Shown: positions 40,206 to 50,866 of the stretch, piece after piece
How positions within the stretch are numbered: the stretch's first letter is position 1
How the letters are laid out: each line of letters begins with the position of its first letter
From: Tengunoibacter tsumagoiensis
Lineage (GTDB): Bacteria; Chloroflexota; Ktedonobacteria; Ktedonobacterales; Ktedonobacteraceae
DNA: 64,000 nucleotides
Assembly: GCF_003967535.1 (NCBI RefSeq)
Contig: NZ_BIFR01000001.1
Span: forward strand, 113,493 to 177,492
Reading direction: 5' to 3'
The notes under the pieces: generated by a model
Database searches by the model: none
What the model saw: only the letters and a program-made list of their open reading frames with translations
What the model was told of the DNA's origin: nothing
Program-made: the position numbers and the translations under genes

Positions 40206-41060
40206 ATGCGCTTGTACAAGATCGTACGATTTCCATGGTACGGCTATGTAGCCCTGATCTTATGCCTCGTTGCCTGGATCTGTTCCTGGCTCCGTATTGA
40301 ACCTTTCTACCGTTATACGTTTTTTCCACTCTGGCTCGGCTATATTCTGTTTGTGGATGCACTCAATCTGCATCTCCAACGGACATCTCTCCTTAAAAGG
40401 ATGGGGATCCGCTATCTCCTCCTGTTTGCTATCTCCAGCCTCTTCTGGTGGATCTTCGAGGTCTTAAATATTCCTGTTCAGAACTGGCATTACCATCTTG
40501 ACCAGAGCTATTCTCCCTGGCTCTACTTTGTGCTGGCCAGTCTGAGCTTTAGCACCGTCCTCCCTGCTGTACTGGAGACTGCGGAACTGCTGCTAAACAT
40601 TCCTGCTCTACGACCACAACTCCCTGCCGATCAAGCTGGTCCTCGTCTGCCTGGCTCTGTCTTGCTAGGGGTTGAGTTCCTGGGCTGTGCCTGCCTGCTC
40701 CTGCCAATTCTCTTGCCGCACTACTGCTTTGGCCTGATCTGGCTGAGCGTGGTTCTGGTTCTGGACCCCATCAATAATCTCATCGGGCGCAAATCTGCAA
40801 TTGCACATATAGCAGTTGGGGACTGGCGCTTTATTGTGCTTCCTCTCGCTGGTCTCTGCTGCGGCTTTTTCTGGGAGATGTGGAACTTCTATGCCTTGCC
40901 GAAATGGAGCTATACGGTCCCTTTTATTGGCTTCTGGAAGATTTTCGAGATGCCTCTGCTGGGATATACAGGGTATCTTCCCTTTGCATTAGAGCTTTTT
41001 GCTCTCTATCAGACAGTCCTCTGGCTGCTACGCTGGCACGAAGATTACCTCATTTTTTAG
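40206..41060 (+). CDS. Polytopic membrane protein (hypothetical, about 8 TM)
   Basis: GAGGGGGAAGAG RBS. It lies directly downstream of the CarH-like regulator. Confidence 0.55.
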   Translation: MRLYKIVRFPWYGYVALILCLVAWICSWLRIEPFYRYTFFPLWLGYILFVDALNLHLQRTSLLKRMGIRYLLLFAISSLFWWIFEVLNIPVQNWHYHLDQSYSPWLYFVLASLSFSTVLPAVLETAELLLNIPALRPQLPADQAGPRLPGSVLLGVEFLGCACLLLPILLPHYCFGLIWLSVVLVLDPINNLIGRKSAIAHIAVGDWRFIVLPLAGLCCGFFWEMWNFYALPKWSYTVPFIGFWKIFEMPLLGYTGYLPFALELFALYQTVLWLLRWHEDYLIF

Positions 41061-41157
41061 CAGCGAATGATGCCTCTTGACAACGTATTCCTTTTGTACT
41101 ACTGTACTTTCGTGTTGTCTTGTATGTCACTATTCTAGTTCACTAGCAAGGGATTGC

Positions 41158-43212
41158 ATGGCTGCTGATTTTTTCTGTGATATATGTGGAGCCCACAATC
41201 GATTAGAAGCACAATTCTGTCGTTTCTGTGGACAGCCTTTGCATACTCTTAGCGCTTCGCTCACTTCTACCAAAACTGGCTTGCTGGCACCGCAGGCCAT
41301 GCTCAAACAACGCTATATTGTTCATGGTCAGGCCGGTCGCGGCGGTTTTGGTGCAGTCTATAAAGCTTCCGATACTGAGTTTGGGCATCGACTGGTCGCG
41401 ATTAAAGAGATGAGCCAGAGCACGCTTGAGCCCCAGGAACTGGTGGCTGCTCTCGATACGTTTCGTCATGAGGCTCTCTTGCTCGCCAGCCTTACGCATC
41501 CCAATCTGCCGCGTATCTATGAACAGTTTATGGATAGTGGCCGCGCTTATCTGGTGATGGATTTTATTGAAGGTGAGACGCTTGAACAGCAGCTACAAAA
41601 ATCTGGCACCCAGCGCCTCCCGCTGAGCACAGTCTTCGATATTGCTTTGCAGCTTTGCTCGGTCTTAGAGTATTTGCATACGCGCCAGCCTCCGATTATC
41701 TTCCGTGATCTTAAACCCGCTAATGTGATGCTCACACCAACGGGCCATCTTTTTCTGATTGACTTTGGAATTGCTCGCCACTTTAAGCCTGGTCAGGAAA
41801 AGGATACAATGGCTCTCGGTTCTTCCGGCTATGCTCCCCCCGAGCAGTATGGTAAATCGCAGACGACCTTACGAGCCGATATCTATAGCCTGGGTGCAAC
41901 CCTCCATCAATTGCTTTCCGGCAATGATCCGACCGATTCTCCATTTCATTTTGCCCCCTTACATTTTAGCGATCCTGCGCTCTCTGGATTGGCTCCTTTG
42001 ATTATGAGCATGGTGAGCGTCGATCCCTCGCAACGACCTGCCGATATTCTTACGGTCAGCCAGGAACTACAACGCATTCTTAATGCGATGACGATAAGTA
42101 AGCAAGGAGCTCTCTCAGGATCGTTTTCGCATTCACTTGCTGGTCTCCCTGTCCGAACCCTGCCATCTGAATATCAGACGCCTCGTGGTGCTGATACACA
42201 GTCTATTCCAGCCACACAGACGACTGTGGCAAAGAAACGCACTCAGAAGACGGGAGGTCAGGCGCAGGTCTATCCACAGGCCAATACGCTCTATATCTGC
42301 CTGGGACACGCTAGCCGTATCACGACCGTTGCCTGGTCGCCCGATGGTAAGCTCCTGGCCTCCGCAAGCTATGATAAGACGGCCCAGATCTGGAATGGCG
42401 CAAATGGCTCTCATCAGTTAACCTATAGCGAACACAATGCTCGTATCAACAGTCTTGTCTGGTCTCCTGATAGCCGCCTGGTGGCCACAGCCAGCGATAG
42501 CCGCACTGTCCATCTCTGGGAGGCAGGAACCGGCAAAACGATAGCTATCTATCGTGGTCACCAGGGACCACTGACGAGTGTGGCCTGGTCGCCCGATGGT
42601 AAACTTATAGCATCAGCAGGTGATGACAAGAGTATTCATGTCTGGCAGGCTGATACACAGGAGCTATTGGTAAGCTATACAGAACACACTGATCGCGTCC
42701 AGGCTCTAGCCTGGTCACCAGACGGACGCTATCTGGCCTCAGCTGGACGAGATAAGATTATTAAGATCTGGGAGCCTCGCCCCGTTGCCAAAAAGCGTTC
42801 ATTACTGGCTTTTCTGTTCTCGTCTCCGTTCGAGGAGGGCCCACAAACGCTTAAGGGATATGAAGGTCAGATCTATGCGCTGGCCTGGTCCCCTGATAGC
42901 CGCGAGTTGGCAGCCGCCAGTAGCGACCGACAGGTGCATATCCATAGTCTGCACAAAGGTGCTAAAGGCTTTACGTTGAAGACGAATGATGCAACCATCA
43001 AAAATACTATTGCCTGGTCCTCTGGGGGCAAACATCTGGCACTGGGCGGCAACGATAAACTGGTCCATGTCTGGAATGTTCAGTCTCGCGAGCAATCTTT
43101 CACCTACTTTGGACATGCTGGCTATGTAATGTCTGTAGCATGGTCGCCCGATAATTCACGGATCGCTTCTGCAGGGGTTGACCGCAGCATCCACGTCTGG
43201 CAGGCCGTTTAG
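41158..43212 (+). CDS. Ser/Thr protein kinase with N-terminal zinc ribbon and C-terminal WD40 repeats
   Basis: CDICGAHN...CRFCG ribbon. Kinase motifs [20 protein letters not shown] and DFGIA. About seven WSPDG...IW WD40 repeats. Confidence 0.85.
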   Translation: MAADFFCDICGAHNRLEAQFCRFCGQPLHTLSASLTSTKTGLLAPQAMLKQRYIVHGQAGRGGFGAVYKASDTEFGHRLVAIKEMSQSTLEPQELVAALDTFRHEALLLASLTHPNLPRIYEQFMDSGRAYLVMDFIEGETLEQQLQKSGTQRLPLSTVFDIALQLCSVLEYLHTRQPPIIFRDLKPANVMLTPTGHLFLIDFGIARHFKPGQEKDTMALGSSGYAPPEQYGKSQTTLRADIYSLGATLHQLLSGNDPTDSPFHFAPLHFSDPALSGLAPLIMSMVSVDPSQRPADILTVSQELQRILNAMTISKQGALSGSFSHSLAGLPVRTLPSEYQTPRGADTQSIPATQTTVAKKRTQKTGGQAQVYPQANTLYICLGHASRITTVAWSPDGKLLASASYDKTAQIWNGANGSHQLTYSEHNARINSLVWSPDSRLVATASDSRTVHLWEAGTGKTIAIYRGHQGPLTSVAWSPDGKLIASAGDDKSIHVWQADTQELLVSYTEHTDRVQALAWSPDGRYLASAGRDKIIKIWEPRPVAKKRSLLAFLFSSPFEEGPQTLKGYEGQIYALAWSPDSRELAAASSDRQVHIHSLHKGAKGFTLKTNDATIKNTIAWSSGGKHLALGGNDKLVHVWNVQSREQSFTYFGHAGYVMSVAWSPDNSRIASAGVDRSIHVWQAV

Positions 43213-43279
43213 ACGCAGATTGCGCTGTCCTTATCATAGATTGCGGTATCGTTATCGTCTTATTGTAAGGAGGAGGGTT

Positions 43280-44425
43280 ATGAAGTTTGATCTCACCGAT
43301 GAGCAAGCCGATATTCGCGCCCTGGTCCGCAACTTTACTGAACAGGAGATTACGCCCAATGCCGAACGCTGGGATGAGCAGAACTATTTTCCCCGCGAGG
43401 TATTTGCCAGATTAGCGGATCTTGGTCTGCAAGGACTCAGCGCCCCCGAAGCCTATGGTGGCCTGGCTCTCAACCACCTTTCAGAGGCTCTGGTCTATGA
43501 GGAATTAGCGAAAGGCGATATGGGGACCGCCGTCGGCCTCGCCGTCCATAATATGGTTACAGGTGCGCTTGCCCGCTCGGCAGATGCTGAGCAGCAGCAG
43601 CGCTGGCTCCCGCTCCTGGCAAGTGGTCAGCGCTTTGGAGCGTTCTCGCTTAGCGAAGCTGACTCAGGTTCAGATGCCGCAAGCCTTCAGTGTCGTGCAA
43701 CCGAACAGGTTGATGGCTACCTGATCAACGGCTCAAAGCAGTGGGTCACCAGTGGAGGAGAGGCCGATCTCTATCTCCTGCTCGCACGCAGTCAGGCTGG
43801 CCGAACCGCTGAGGGAATTACCTGTTTTGTGGTAGAAAAAGGAATACCAGGGTTTACCTTTGGAAAACTTGAACGCAAGATGGGGCTCCACTCCTCTCCC
43901 ACACGAGAACTTCTCTTCTCCGATTGCTTTGTCCCCATACAGAATCGAATTGGTGAGGCCAACCAGGGCTTTAAGATCGCCCTCGCAGCCTTAGATGGCG
44001 GGCGCGTAAATGTTGGTGCCATTGCCGTTGGCGTCGCACAGGCAGCCTTTGAGACCGCCTGTACCTATGCACGCGAGCGTGAGCAATTTGCCCACCCCAT
44101 TGGAACCTTTCAGGGAATTCAATTTCTGCTTGCCGATATGGCTATGAAGATCGAAGCAGCCAGGTTGCTGGTCTATAAGGCTGCCTATCAGCTTGATGCA
44201 CAACAGCAAGGAGGGCTCTATGCCTCGATGGCTAAATGCTTTGCAAGCGATATGGCTATGGAGGTGACGACCAACGCCATTCAGGTACTGGGAGGGGCTG
44301 GTTACGTTCGGGACTATCCAACCGAACGCTATATGCGCGATATCAAAGTCGCTCAGATCTTTGAAGGGGCCAATCAGATTCAACGGATTATTATTGCACG
44401 CACTCTGTTGGGGAATCTGCGTTAA
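43280..44425 (+). CDS. Acyl-CoA dehydrogenase
   Basis: AGGAGGAGGG RBS. ACAD N-terminal, middle and C-terminal domains ([19 protein letters not shown]). Confidence 0.9.
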   Translation: MKFDLTDEQADIRALVRNFTEQEITPNAERWDEQNYFPREVFARLADLGLQGLSAPEAYGGLALNHLSEALVYEELAKGDMGTAVGLAVHNMVTGALARSADAEQQQRWLPLLASGQRFGAFSLSEADSGSDAASLQCRATEQVDGYLINGSKQWVTSGGEADLYLLLARSQAGRTAEGITCFVVEKGIPGFTFGKLERKMGLHSSPTRELLFSDCFVPIQNRIGEANQGFKIALAALDGGRVNVGAIAVGVAQAAFETACTYAREREQFAHPIGTFQGIQFLLADMAMKIEAARLLVYKAAYQLDAQQQGGLYASMAKCFASDMAMEVTTNAIQVLGGAGYVRDYPTERYMRDIKVAQIFEGANQIQRIIIARTLLGNLR

Positions 44426-45423
44426 TCGGTGATAGCACCTTTCTGTAGAGCATACGCCGCCAGTTCAGCGCCCATCTGCTGCAGGACATAGAGCTCGGCC
44501 TGTGTCCCATCCAATTGCAATGTACGCATTGCGGCCATTTTGCGCTGTTGATAGCTATTCAAGACTGCCTTCTGCTCTTCCGCAGGTGGCAGGAGCACCA
44601 GGCCGATCTGAACACGCTCATAAAAGTCCGCAGGGTCAATCGCAATAGCCAGTAAGGTGGCATAGTTTTTTAAGAGACTACAGAGGGCCGATGAGAAATA
44701 ACGCGGCTGAAGGCTCTCTGCGACAAGACAACCAGCAATACGTCCAGCACGTAGAATGGGCGTTGCGGCAATGCTTCCTCGCTCAGTGTGTCTTTGCCCT
44801 CTATTCTGCTCTATGAGGATCTGGAACGATGAGATGGCTGCTCCAGGAAGCGACTCAGCTCCTAAAAAGATAGAGCGTGTCTCTAACTCCCCTTTCCAGG
44901 GTGGTGTGCCTACACGCACGCTCTCATGAAGATAGCGGATCTTCTGTGACTCAAGAGGGGGCACACATTGCACAACTGTCAGCAGTAAGCCAGTAAGGTC
45001 TGGATCTAGATGCTGAAGCGCTTGCTTTAACACCAATTGGCAGACCGACCAGAAGCGCAGAGAATCAGGCGTCTCCGCAAGGGCTACATGCACACGTTCA
45101 TAAAATTCTGCTGGAACGCTCGCCTGTGGCAACTGTAGCTTTGAAGTCATTGACTCCCGCGTGGGCTCCCTCATTGCAGATCCGGGCCAGACCTGTTGAA
45201 TGCTTCTTTGGAGCATGGTTCGCGCTTCTGGCTGACACTTTTCCACTAGTAATTGAAGATTAGCCAGGCGAGGCTCTGAGTCTCCATTGAGCCAGCGACG
45301 TAACGTCGAGAGACTTATATGCGTCTCCTGCAACAACCGGTCACGCTCAGGTTGCTGTGCAAAAATTGTTCCGATGGCTTCGCGCAATTCCTTGAGCGCT
45401 TCGCTCCGTTTCGCATCTTGCAT
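44422..45423 (-). CDS. Transcriptional regulator with N-terminal HTH and C-terminal GAF domain
   Basis: [15 protein letters not shown] and a GAF-like C-terminal half. The start codon is uncertain; the open frame extends to 45618. Confidence 0.6.
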   Translation of the reverse strand: MQDAKRSEALKELREAIGTIFAQQPERDRLLQETHISLSTLRRWLNGDSEPRLANLQLLVEKCQPEARTMLQRSIQQVWPGSAMREPTRESMTSKLQLPQASVPAEFYERVHVALAETPDSLRFWSVCQLVLKQALQHLDPDLTGLLLTVVQCVPPLESQKIRYLHESVRVGTPPWKGELETRSIFLGAESLPGAAISSFQILIEQNRGQRHTERGSIAATPILRAGRIAGCLVAESLQPRYFSSALCSLLKNYATLLAIAIDPADFYERVQIGLVLLPPAEEQKAVLNSYQQRKMAAMRTLQLDGTQAELYVLQQMGAELAAYALQKGAITD

Positions 45424-45870
45424 ACTTATGACTTCACCCTTTTTACCATATTTATTTAAACAGAGTATAGCATAAAGATTTACATGTTTATTCTTCATTC
45501 CACAAAATGTACCATTTGCACATTCGTAAAAGCGATGGTTCTCTCTCATTCTACGTGTTTTCCCCGCTTGATAGATCTCATCTTGTGCAAATATTGCCGC
45601 TTCTGCTACCCCATACATTTTTGATAATCAATACAAATCTGCTCAATTCGTGAGAATTCTCTACACTCTGTATTTGCAAATGCATTGCCATTTGCAAATA
45701 TTTAATTGCAAAAGTATTGACATATGCAGTATTTTTATGTTAATGTTCGTAGAGGATAGCAAAATAAACCTTTTCTTTTCATATTAAATATATCTTTTCC
45801 TTAAGATATTAAGTCCTTATCTTGCCGCAGGTATACGAGAGGTTCAAAGACGAACTTCTATAGGACAGGA

Positions 45871-46095
45871 GTGAAGAAGATGGTTGAAGTGTCGGATTAT
45901 TGGATCGCAGCGTATATTATGGCTTATGGGGTAAAGCTCCTCGGCACAAAGAAGAATGAAGATGGTTGGGTCATCTTCTTTTTTGATGAACGAGCGCGCA
46001 AAGCCATCGAACGGTGGAATCAAGGGGTTGCTATGATTGATGCACGCTCTTATCGTTCTGCAATCCACAAATTGAGGAATGCTATTTATTCATAG
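45871..46095 (+). CDS. DUF5659-family small protein
   Basis: AGGAGTGAAG RBS. Pattern match to DUF5659 (IAAYIMAYG..L, FFF.DE, IDARSYRSAIHKLRNAI). Confidence 0.6.
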   Translation: MKKMVEVSDYWIAAYIMAYGVKLLGTKKNEDGWVIFFFDERARKAIERWNQGVAMIDARSYRSAIHKLRNAIYS

Positions 46096-46128
46096 AGCAA
46101 CAGAACCTTCATAGTGGTGTACTTTAAA

Positions 46129-46185
46129 CTGATGACCAACGAGCCAGGATAGCTCATATAACCATCCTGGCTCGTTGGTCATCAG
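46129..46185. terminator. 22-bp perfect inverted repeat between convergent genes
   Basis: CTGATGACCAACGAGCCAGGAT, a 13-nt loop, then ATCCTGGCTCGTTGGTCATCAG. Confidence 0.6.
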
Positions 46186-46233
46186 TTCAATACTTGTCTG
46201 CTTACTCTCATTGAACGATTGGCGAAAAACTCT

Positions 46234-47025
46234 CTATTTCTTGCGGCGCTGGTTGGAACGATAAGCGCGATAGAGATCATCATGCTCGCCCTGCACTCCC
46301 TGGCGCATCACTGGCGGAGCAGTCTTCTCAGTTACCTCTGTTTTGGAGCCGCCCTTCGCTGTATTCCTGGCATTCTGCGCCGCACCACTCAGGCTACGAG
46401 GCAGCAGATCAAGCTGAACCAGGACATAAAGGAGGAGCAGGAGTGTGATGATATTGATCAGGAATGAGACCGTAAAAGGAAGCTTCGTCCCAAATAAAGG
46501 CAAAGTAAATAACGTCTTTTCAATGCCTAATCTGGTTGCAAAGAGCGATTCGTATGGAAGGACAAACTCAGCTACAAGCAGGTAGGCCATCATACCAAAG
46601 ATATGCTTGGTTTTAAAGATACGAGGAGGAGCCTCTTTCTTTGGCTTCGCGGCAAATTTCTCCTCATCTCTGGCTGCTTCGGCTGCAATCTCTGTTCTGG
46701 CAGCAACTTTCTTCGCGCCTTTTGCACGAGCCATACGAGCCTGAACGACCTCTTCCTCTTTAGGAGATACCTCTTCTTCTGTCTTAGCGACTTTCGAGAA
46801 GAAATTGGGAAGACGATTGGCACGTTTAGAGGCTGGGGTCTCTATCGCGACAACAGGTGCCTCAAGCGCTCCCGTTGTGGGCTCTTCCGTAGCAAGGTCT
46901 TCAGTTGCTACGGCGAGATTCTGATCTTCCGTCTCATTCCCGGTCACAAGTACGGGACGATGACGTGGGACACGGGTGCGGCGATAGCGGTTGGTCGTGG
47001 TGTTTGCGGGAAAATCGTTACTCAT
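46234..47025 (-). CDS. Hypothetical membrane protein with charged Lys/Glu/Ala-rich N-terminal region
   Basis: The start at 47025 overlaps the upstream gene's stop by 8 nt. Two C-terminal TM helices. Confidence 0.5.
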   Translation of the reverse strand: MSNDFPANTTTNRYRRTRVPRHRPVLVTGNETEDQNLAVATEDLATEEPTTGALEAPVVAIETPASKRANRLPNFFSKVAKTEEEVSPKEEEVVQARMARAKGAKKVAARTEIAAEAARDEEKFAAKPKKEAPPRIFKTKHIFGMMAYLLVAEFVLPYESLFATRLGIEKTLFTLPLFGTKLPFTVSFLINIITLLLLLYVLVQLDLLPRSLSGAAQNARNTAKGGSKTEVTEKTAPPVMRQGVQGEHDDLYRAYRSNQRRKK

Positions 47026-47659
47026 AGCGGTCTCCTGGATGGTCCTCATGGGTTGTATTGGATGAATTAAAACGAAGTGCAGAATAAGGATCATCCTCAC
47101 CAGCAGACAATTGCTGTATATTTGGAATTTCCTGTGCTTGTGCCATACGCTCACCTGCCATGGCAGGTGGAACAGCAGAGTAGAAGGCCGGATCTGGTTG
47201 AGCGGAGGCTGGAGTTGGCGCAGGGGAACGAGAAGCCTGACGCCGGCCCGCATCTAAAACAAATAGCCCTGCTTGAGCAATCTCATCATCACGCCCGGGC
47301 GCATTACCACCACTTACGCCGATACCACCAATCGTTACACCATTATAACGTAGAGGCCAGCCTCCAGCAGCCATAATAAATTTTCCCTCGGTCATCGCAG
47401 ATAGACTGGAGGCAAAACCAGGAATGGCCCCTCCCCATTGTGCGATAGCGTCGGTTGATTGATTAAACATAACAGCTGTGGTGGCTTTTGCAATGCTGAT
47501 ATTGCCAGTTGCGAAACCATGTGGGGCCATCATGCGCTCAAAAAGGACCAGATGGCCCCCTGCATCAACGATGGCAATGCTGACAGGGCTGCGAAGTTCA
47601 CCAGCCCGCCTTTTACAAGCTTCCAGTACTTTGCGGGCCAGATCGATCGATATACTCAC
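47018..47659 (-). CDS. GlcG/HbpS-like (DUF336) protein with Pro/Ala-rich C-terminal extension
   Basis: GGIGVSGG...D motif. An AAGGAG RBS lies 10 nt before the GTG at 47659; the ORF track starts at ATG 47686. Confidence 0.65.
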   Translation of the reverse strand: MSISIDLARKVLEACKRRAGELRSPVSIAIVDAGGHLVLFERMMAPHGFATGNISIAKATTAVMFNQSTDAIAQWGGAIPGFASSLSAMTEGKFIMAAGGWPLRYNGVTIGGIGVSGGNAPGRDDEIAQAGLFVLDAGRRQASRSPAPTPASAQPDPAFYSAVPPAMAGERMAQAQEIPNIQQLSAGEDDPYSALRFNSSNTTHEDHPGDRYE

Positions 47660-47874
47660 GCCCGGATACTCCTTACTTTCTGCCAACTCTTCACACCGGA
47701 AGAGGGCTGAGTCAGGGCCTGTCGCGCCTCGCTCGCGTTAAGCCGAACAGGTCCCCCATCCGCATTAGTGCTTATGTCGCGCCCATTGTACCGCACCTCT
47801 TGCAACGACGCAATGAGCCAGATCTTTTCTTATCTACGAAGCAGCAACCGTTTTCGTTAGAGCAGGCAGACTAT

Positions 47875-48717
47875 TCATCCTTCAGATGCAGTCGTCAGCT
47901 TGATTCGCTCCTTACGCCAGTTCAGTTGACTATATTTCTCCTGTACCAGTTGCTGTGCCAGATCCCACTCAGATTGCGTCAGTTCCCCTGCGGTAAAAGG
48001 ATGCCTGAGAAAAGCACTGAAGCCTTCACAAAAGGCCTGCGAGACCTCTTCCCAACGAGCAGTGGGAGCAAAGGCATGCAGAGGGTTTGTCTTCTCATTG
48101 TAGAGGGCAAGGGCCTCGGCACGAGCCTCCTCAGAAGGATAGCGCAGGAGATGAAAAAACTCTGCTGCACGATCTTCCAGGGGAAGAGAGCCCTGCTGGA
48201 GAAGCGCATGCTCTTTCCAGACCTGAGCACTGCCAACCAGCTTAAAACCATTGCTTGTAAGATCTGCCTGCGTTGAAGAGGCAAAACAGGCTGCTGATGG
48301 ATGCTTGCTCACGCGCTCATCACTAATTACGGAAGCAACGCCGAGCTTCTGCAAAGCCAGCATCAGGCCCTGGCACAGATAGGCATAAGCAGCCACAACC
48401 CCCGAAGGAACTCCATACTCTTTACTTATCACAATGCTATAGGTAAACTCATCACGATGATAGACAGCGCGGCCTCCCGTTGGACGACGGACCAGGGCTA
48501 CCTGCTCTTGTTCACAAGCCTCTACATCAATCTCGCGCTCAACATTCTGAAAGCGGCCCAGCGAGATCGCAGGCTGCGACCAGCGGAAAACGCGCAACGT
48601 TGGAGGAACATCCCCGCGCAGATGATGCAAAAGAATAGCTTCATCAAGAGCCATATTTAAGGCGGCATCCTGGGTACCAGTATCAATAAAACGGAAAGGT
48701 CCTGTCTGTGTCTGCAT
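47875..48717 (-). CDS. Lipoate-protein ligase / octanoyltransferase family (LplA/LipM-like)
   Basis: BPL/LPL catalytic domain: ALDEAIL, RRPTGGRAVYH, and a conserved Lys region. Confidence 0.8.
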   Translation of the reverse strand: MQTQTGPFRFIDTGTQDAALNMALDEAILLHHLRGDVPPTLRVFRWSQPAISLGRFQNVEREIDVEACEQEQVALVRRPTGGRAVYHRDEFTYSIVISKEYGVPSGVVAAYAYLCQGLMLALQKLGVASVISDERVSKHPSAACFASSTQADLTSNGFKLVGSAQVWKEHALLQQGSLPLEDRAAEFFHLLRYPSEEARAEALALYNEKTNPLHAFAPTARWEEVSQAFCEGFSAFLRHPFTAGELTQSEWDLAQQLVQEKYSQLNWRKERIKLTTASEG

Positions 48718-48795
48718 AATGGGTTCCTTGATAGATAATGATCGGATAGATAGTGATCGAACAACAGAGCCGAGGAAAAAGTCCAGGACAAGCGT

Positions 48796-49980
48796 CTAGG
48801 ACTGACGCTGTTCACGGGCGGCTTTCCACTTCTCGCGTTGAGCCTCACGCACCTTTTCAGAGGCTGGAACATAGCGTGCGAGGAACGCCTCACGAAACGC
48901 TACATAGGTCCCATTCAGAATGGAGCTCCGTAGTTCAGCGGCCAGCCGTAACATAAAACGGATATTATGGATTGTGCCCAGGCGGAAGTAAAGCTGTTCC
49001 TCAGCTCGCGCCAGATGATGGACATAGGCCGCGCTATAATGCTGGCAGGTATAGCAATCACAACCATCTTCAATTGGACCATGTTCCATCCGGAAACGAG
49101 CTCCCTTAATGCTCACCCGGCCATCACGTGTAAATAGACCACCATGGCGAGCAACACGGGTCGGCAGAACACAATCAAACATATCCATCCCCAGACCCAC
49201 ACCCTCAACAAGATCCTCTGGCGAGCCAACGCCCAGCAGATGACGAGGTTTATCGCGGGGCAGTTCTGGAGTCACATGGCGCAACATCCCCCACATCTGT
49301 TCCTTTGGCTCTCCAACCGAAAGACCACCAATCGAGAGGCCCTTGAATGGCATATTGCCAATAATGCGAGCACTCTCACGACGGAGCTCAGGTTCAAAGG
49401 CCCCCTGAACAATTCCAAAGAGCGTCTGATCAGGATTATGGCGCTCTTTCGCCACCAGAGCACGCTCTTCCCAGCGATGAGTCCACTCCATCGCCTTGCG
49501 GGCCTCAGCGAGCGTACAGGGATATGGAGAACAGATATCAAGGGGAAGAACAATATCGGAGCCAAGCTCGGCCTCAATCTCCATCACACGCTCAGGAGTC
49601 AGCGTATGAAGCGAGCCATCAATGTGGGATTTAAAGACCACACCATCTTCATTTAGCTTGCGCAGATTGCCCAGACTCCAGACTTGAAAGCCGCCGCTAT
49701 CAGTCAGAATTGGGCCATCCCAATGCATAAACGAATGCAATCCGCCAAAGGACGCGATCAGATCGGAGCCAGGACGGAGCATTAAGTGATACGTATTTGA
49801 AAGAATAATCTGTGCCTGAGCGGCCCGCAGTTCCTCAGGCGACACGCTTTTCACAGTAGCCTGGGTCCCCACAGGCATAAAAATAGGTGTGTGAATAGGG
49901 CCATGGGGAGTCTGGATCGTACCGGCACGAGCCCAGGTCTCAGGACATTCGGCCTCGATAGAAAAAGAAAATGGTGGCAT
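48796..49980 (-). CDS. tgt: Queuine tRNA-ribosyltransferase
   Basis: Catalytic Asp region LPLDICSPYP and zinc site CDCYTC...H. Confidence 0.95.
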   Translation of the reverse strand: MPPFSFSIEAECPETWARAGTIQTPHGPIHTPIFMPVGTQATVKSVSPEELRAAQAQIILSNTYHLMLRPGSDLIASFGGLHSFMHWDGPILTDSGGFQVWSLGNLRKLNEDGVVFKSHIDGSLHTLTPERVMEIEAELGSDIVLPLDICSPYPCTLAEARKAMEWTHRWEERALVAKERHNPDQTLFGIVQGAFEPELRRESARIIGNMPFKGLSIGGLSVGEPKEQMWGMLRHVTPELPRDKPRHLLGVGSPEDLVEGVGLGMDMFDCVLPTRVARHGGLFTRDGRVSIKGARFRMEHGPIEDGCDCYTCQHYSAAYVHHLARAEEQLYFRLGTIHNIRFMLRLAAELRSSILNGTYVAFREAFLARYVPASEKVREAQREKWKAAREQRQS

Positions 49981-50425
49981 GCAACTCTCAATATCAACAA
50001 AGGGCGCTACAAAAATCGTCGACTAGATTTCCAATGCCCGGAATACTGACCTTATTTTCTCATAAACGTCAAGCGCCTCAGCACGATGTTCGTAGAAAAT
50101 GTTCCTGATAGAAATGTAGCAATCTACAGAAATAGAATAATCTATTGAGTGGGCAATTATTAAGACTAAAATGGCTCAAATGAGCTCATATCCGTTTGCA
50201 TATAAAAGATACATAAAAATATGTAGCATAGCCGGAATTTGTCATAAAAACCCTTGCAAATCCTAAAAAGATGGTGTATGCTTTCAACCGGTATCCAATC
50301 TCGGTCTCGCATACAGTGCTCGTCCAGGGTATAAATCCCACGCTGGTAGGGGAAACAAAAGACTGGTGACATCTGCTAGGATATGGACCCGGAGGATTAC
50401 CAACATATCACAAGGAGGTCCCTAG

Positions 50426-50728
50426 TTGAGCTTCGTAGACAAAACCCTAAAATGCCGTGAGTGTGGAAATGATTTTGTGTTCACCGCCGGTGAACAAGAA
50501 TTTTACCAGCAAAAAGGGCTGTTGAATCAGCCTGGTCGTTGTTCATCATGCCGCGCCAACCGCCGCAACGCGTCTGGTGGATCGAGCAACCGTGAACGCG
50601 CACCACGCGAGATGCACACTGTTATTTGTGCTGAATGTGGTAATGAGACCCAGGTGCCATTCTTACCAAAGAATGATCGCCCCGTCTACTGCAGCCCCTG
50701 CTATGATAAGGTGCGCGCTCGCGCATAA
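50426..50728 (+). CDS. Zinc-ribbon domain protein (zf-trcl-like, CxxC x4)
   Basis: AAGGAGG RBS with a TTG start. KCRECGNDFVFTAGEQEFY...CSSC...CAECG...CSPC. Confidence 0.7.
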   Translation: MSFVDKTLKCRECGNDFVFTAGEQEFYQQKGLLNQPGRCSSCRANRRNASGGSSNRERAPREMHTVICAECGNETQVPFLPKNDRPVYCSPCYDKVRARA

Positions 50729-50828
50729 CCTCTCATCAGTGGAGGCCTGACAGCGTATCTGTTGGCGGTGCCCTGCCTTCTTCCCCAAAGAGTGCAATGT
50801 CATCGCCACGCGCTTCCTCAAACACGAA

Positions 50829-50866
50829 AGACCTGGCCGGGGGGTGTTCCCGCCAGGTCTTTTTTC
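50829..50866 (+). terminator. Intrinsic terminator
   Basis: GACCTGGCCGGGGG...CCCGCCAGGTC followed by TTTTTTCTC. Confidence 0.55.

Noticed and set aside
46105-46190. tRNA-like fragment (GGATAGCTCATATAACC)
   Set aside because: The TAGCTCA resemblance sits inside the loop of a perfect 22-bp hairpin. There are no acceptor or T arms, so it is not a tRNA.
50166-50372. 68 aa minus-strand ORF upstream of the zinc-ribbon gene
   Set aside because: It lies in an AT-rich divergent promoter region. There is no RBS or domain support.
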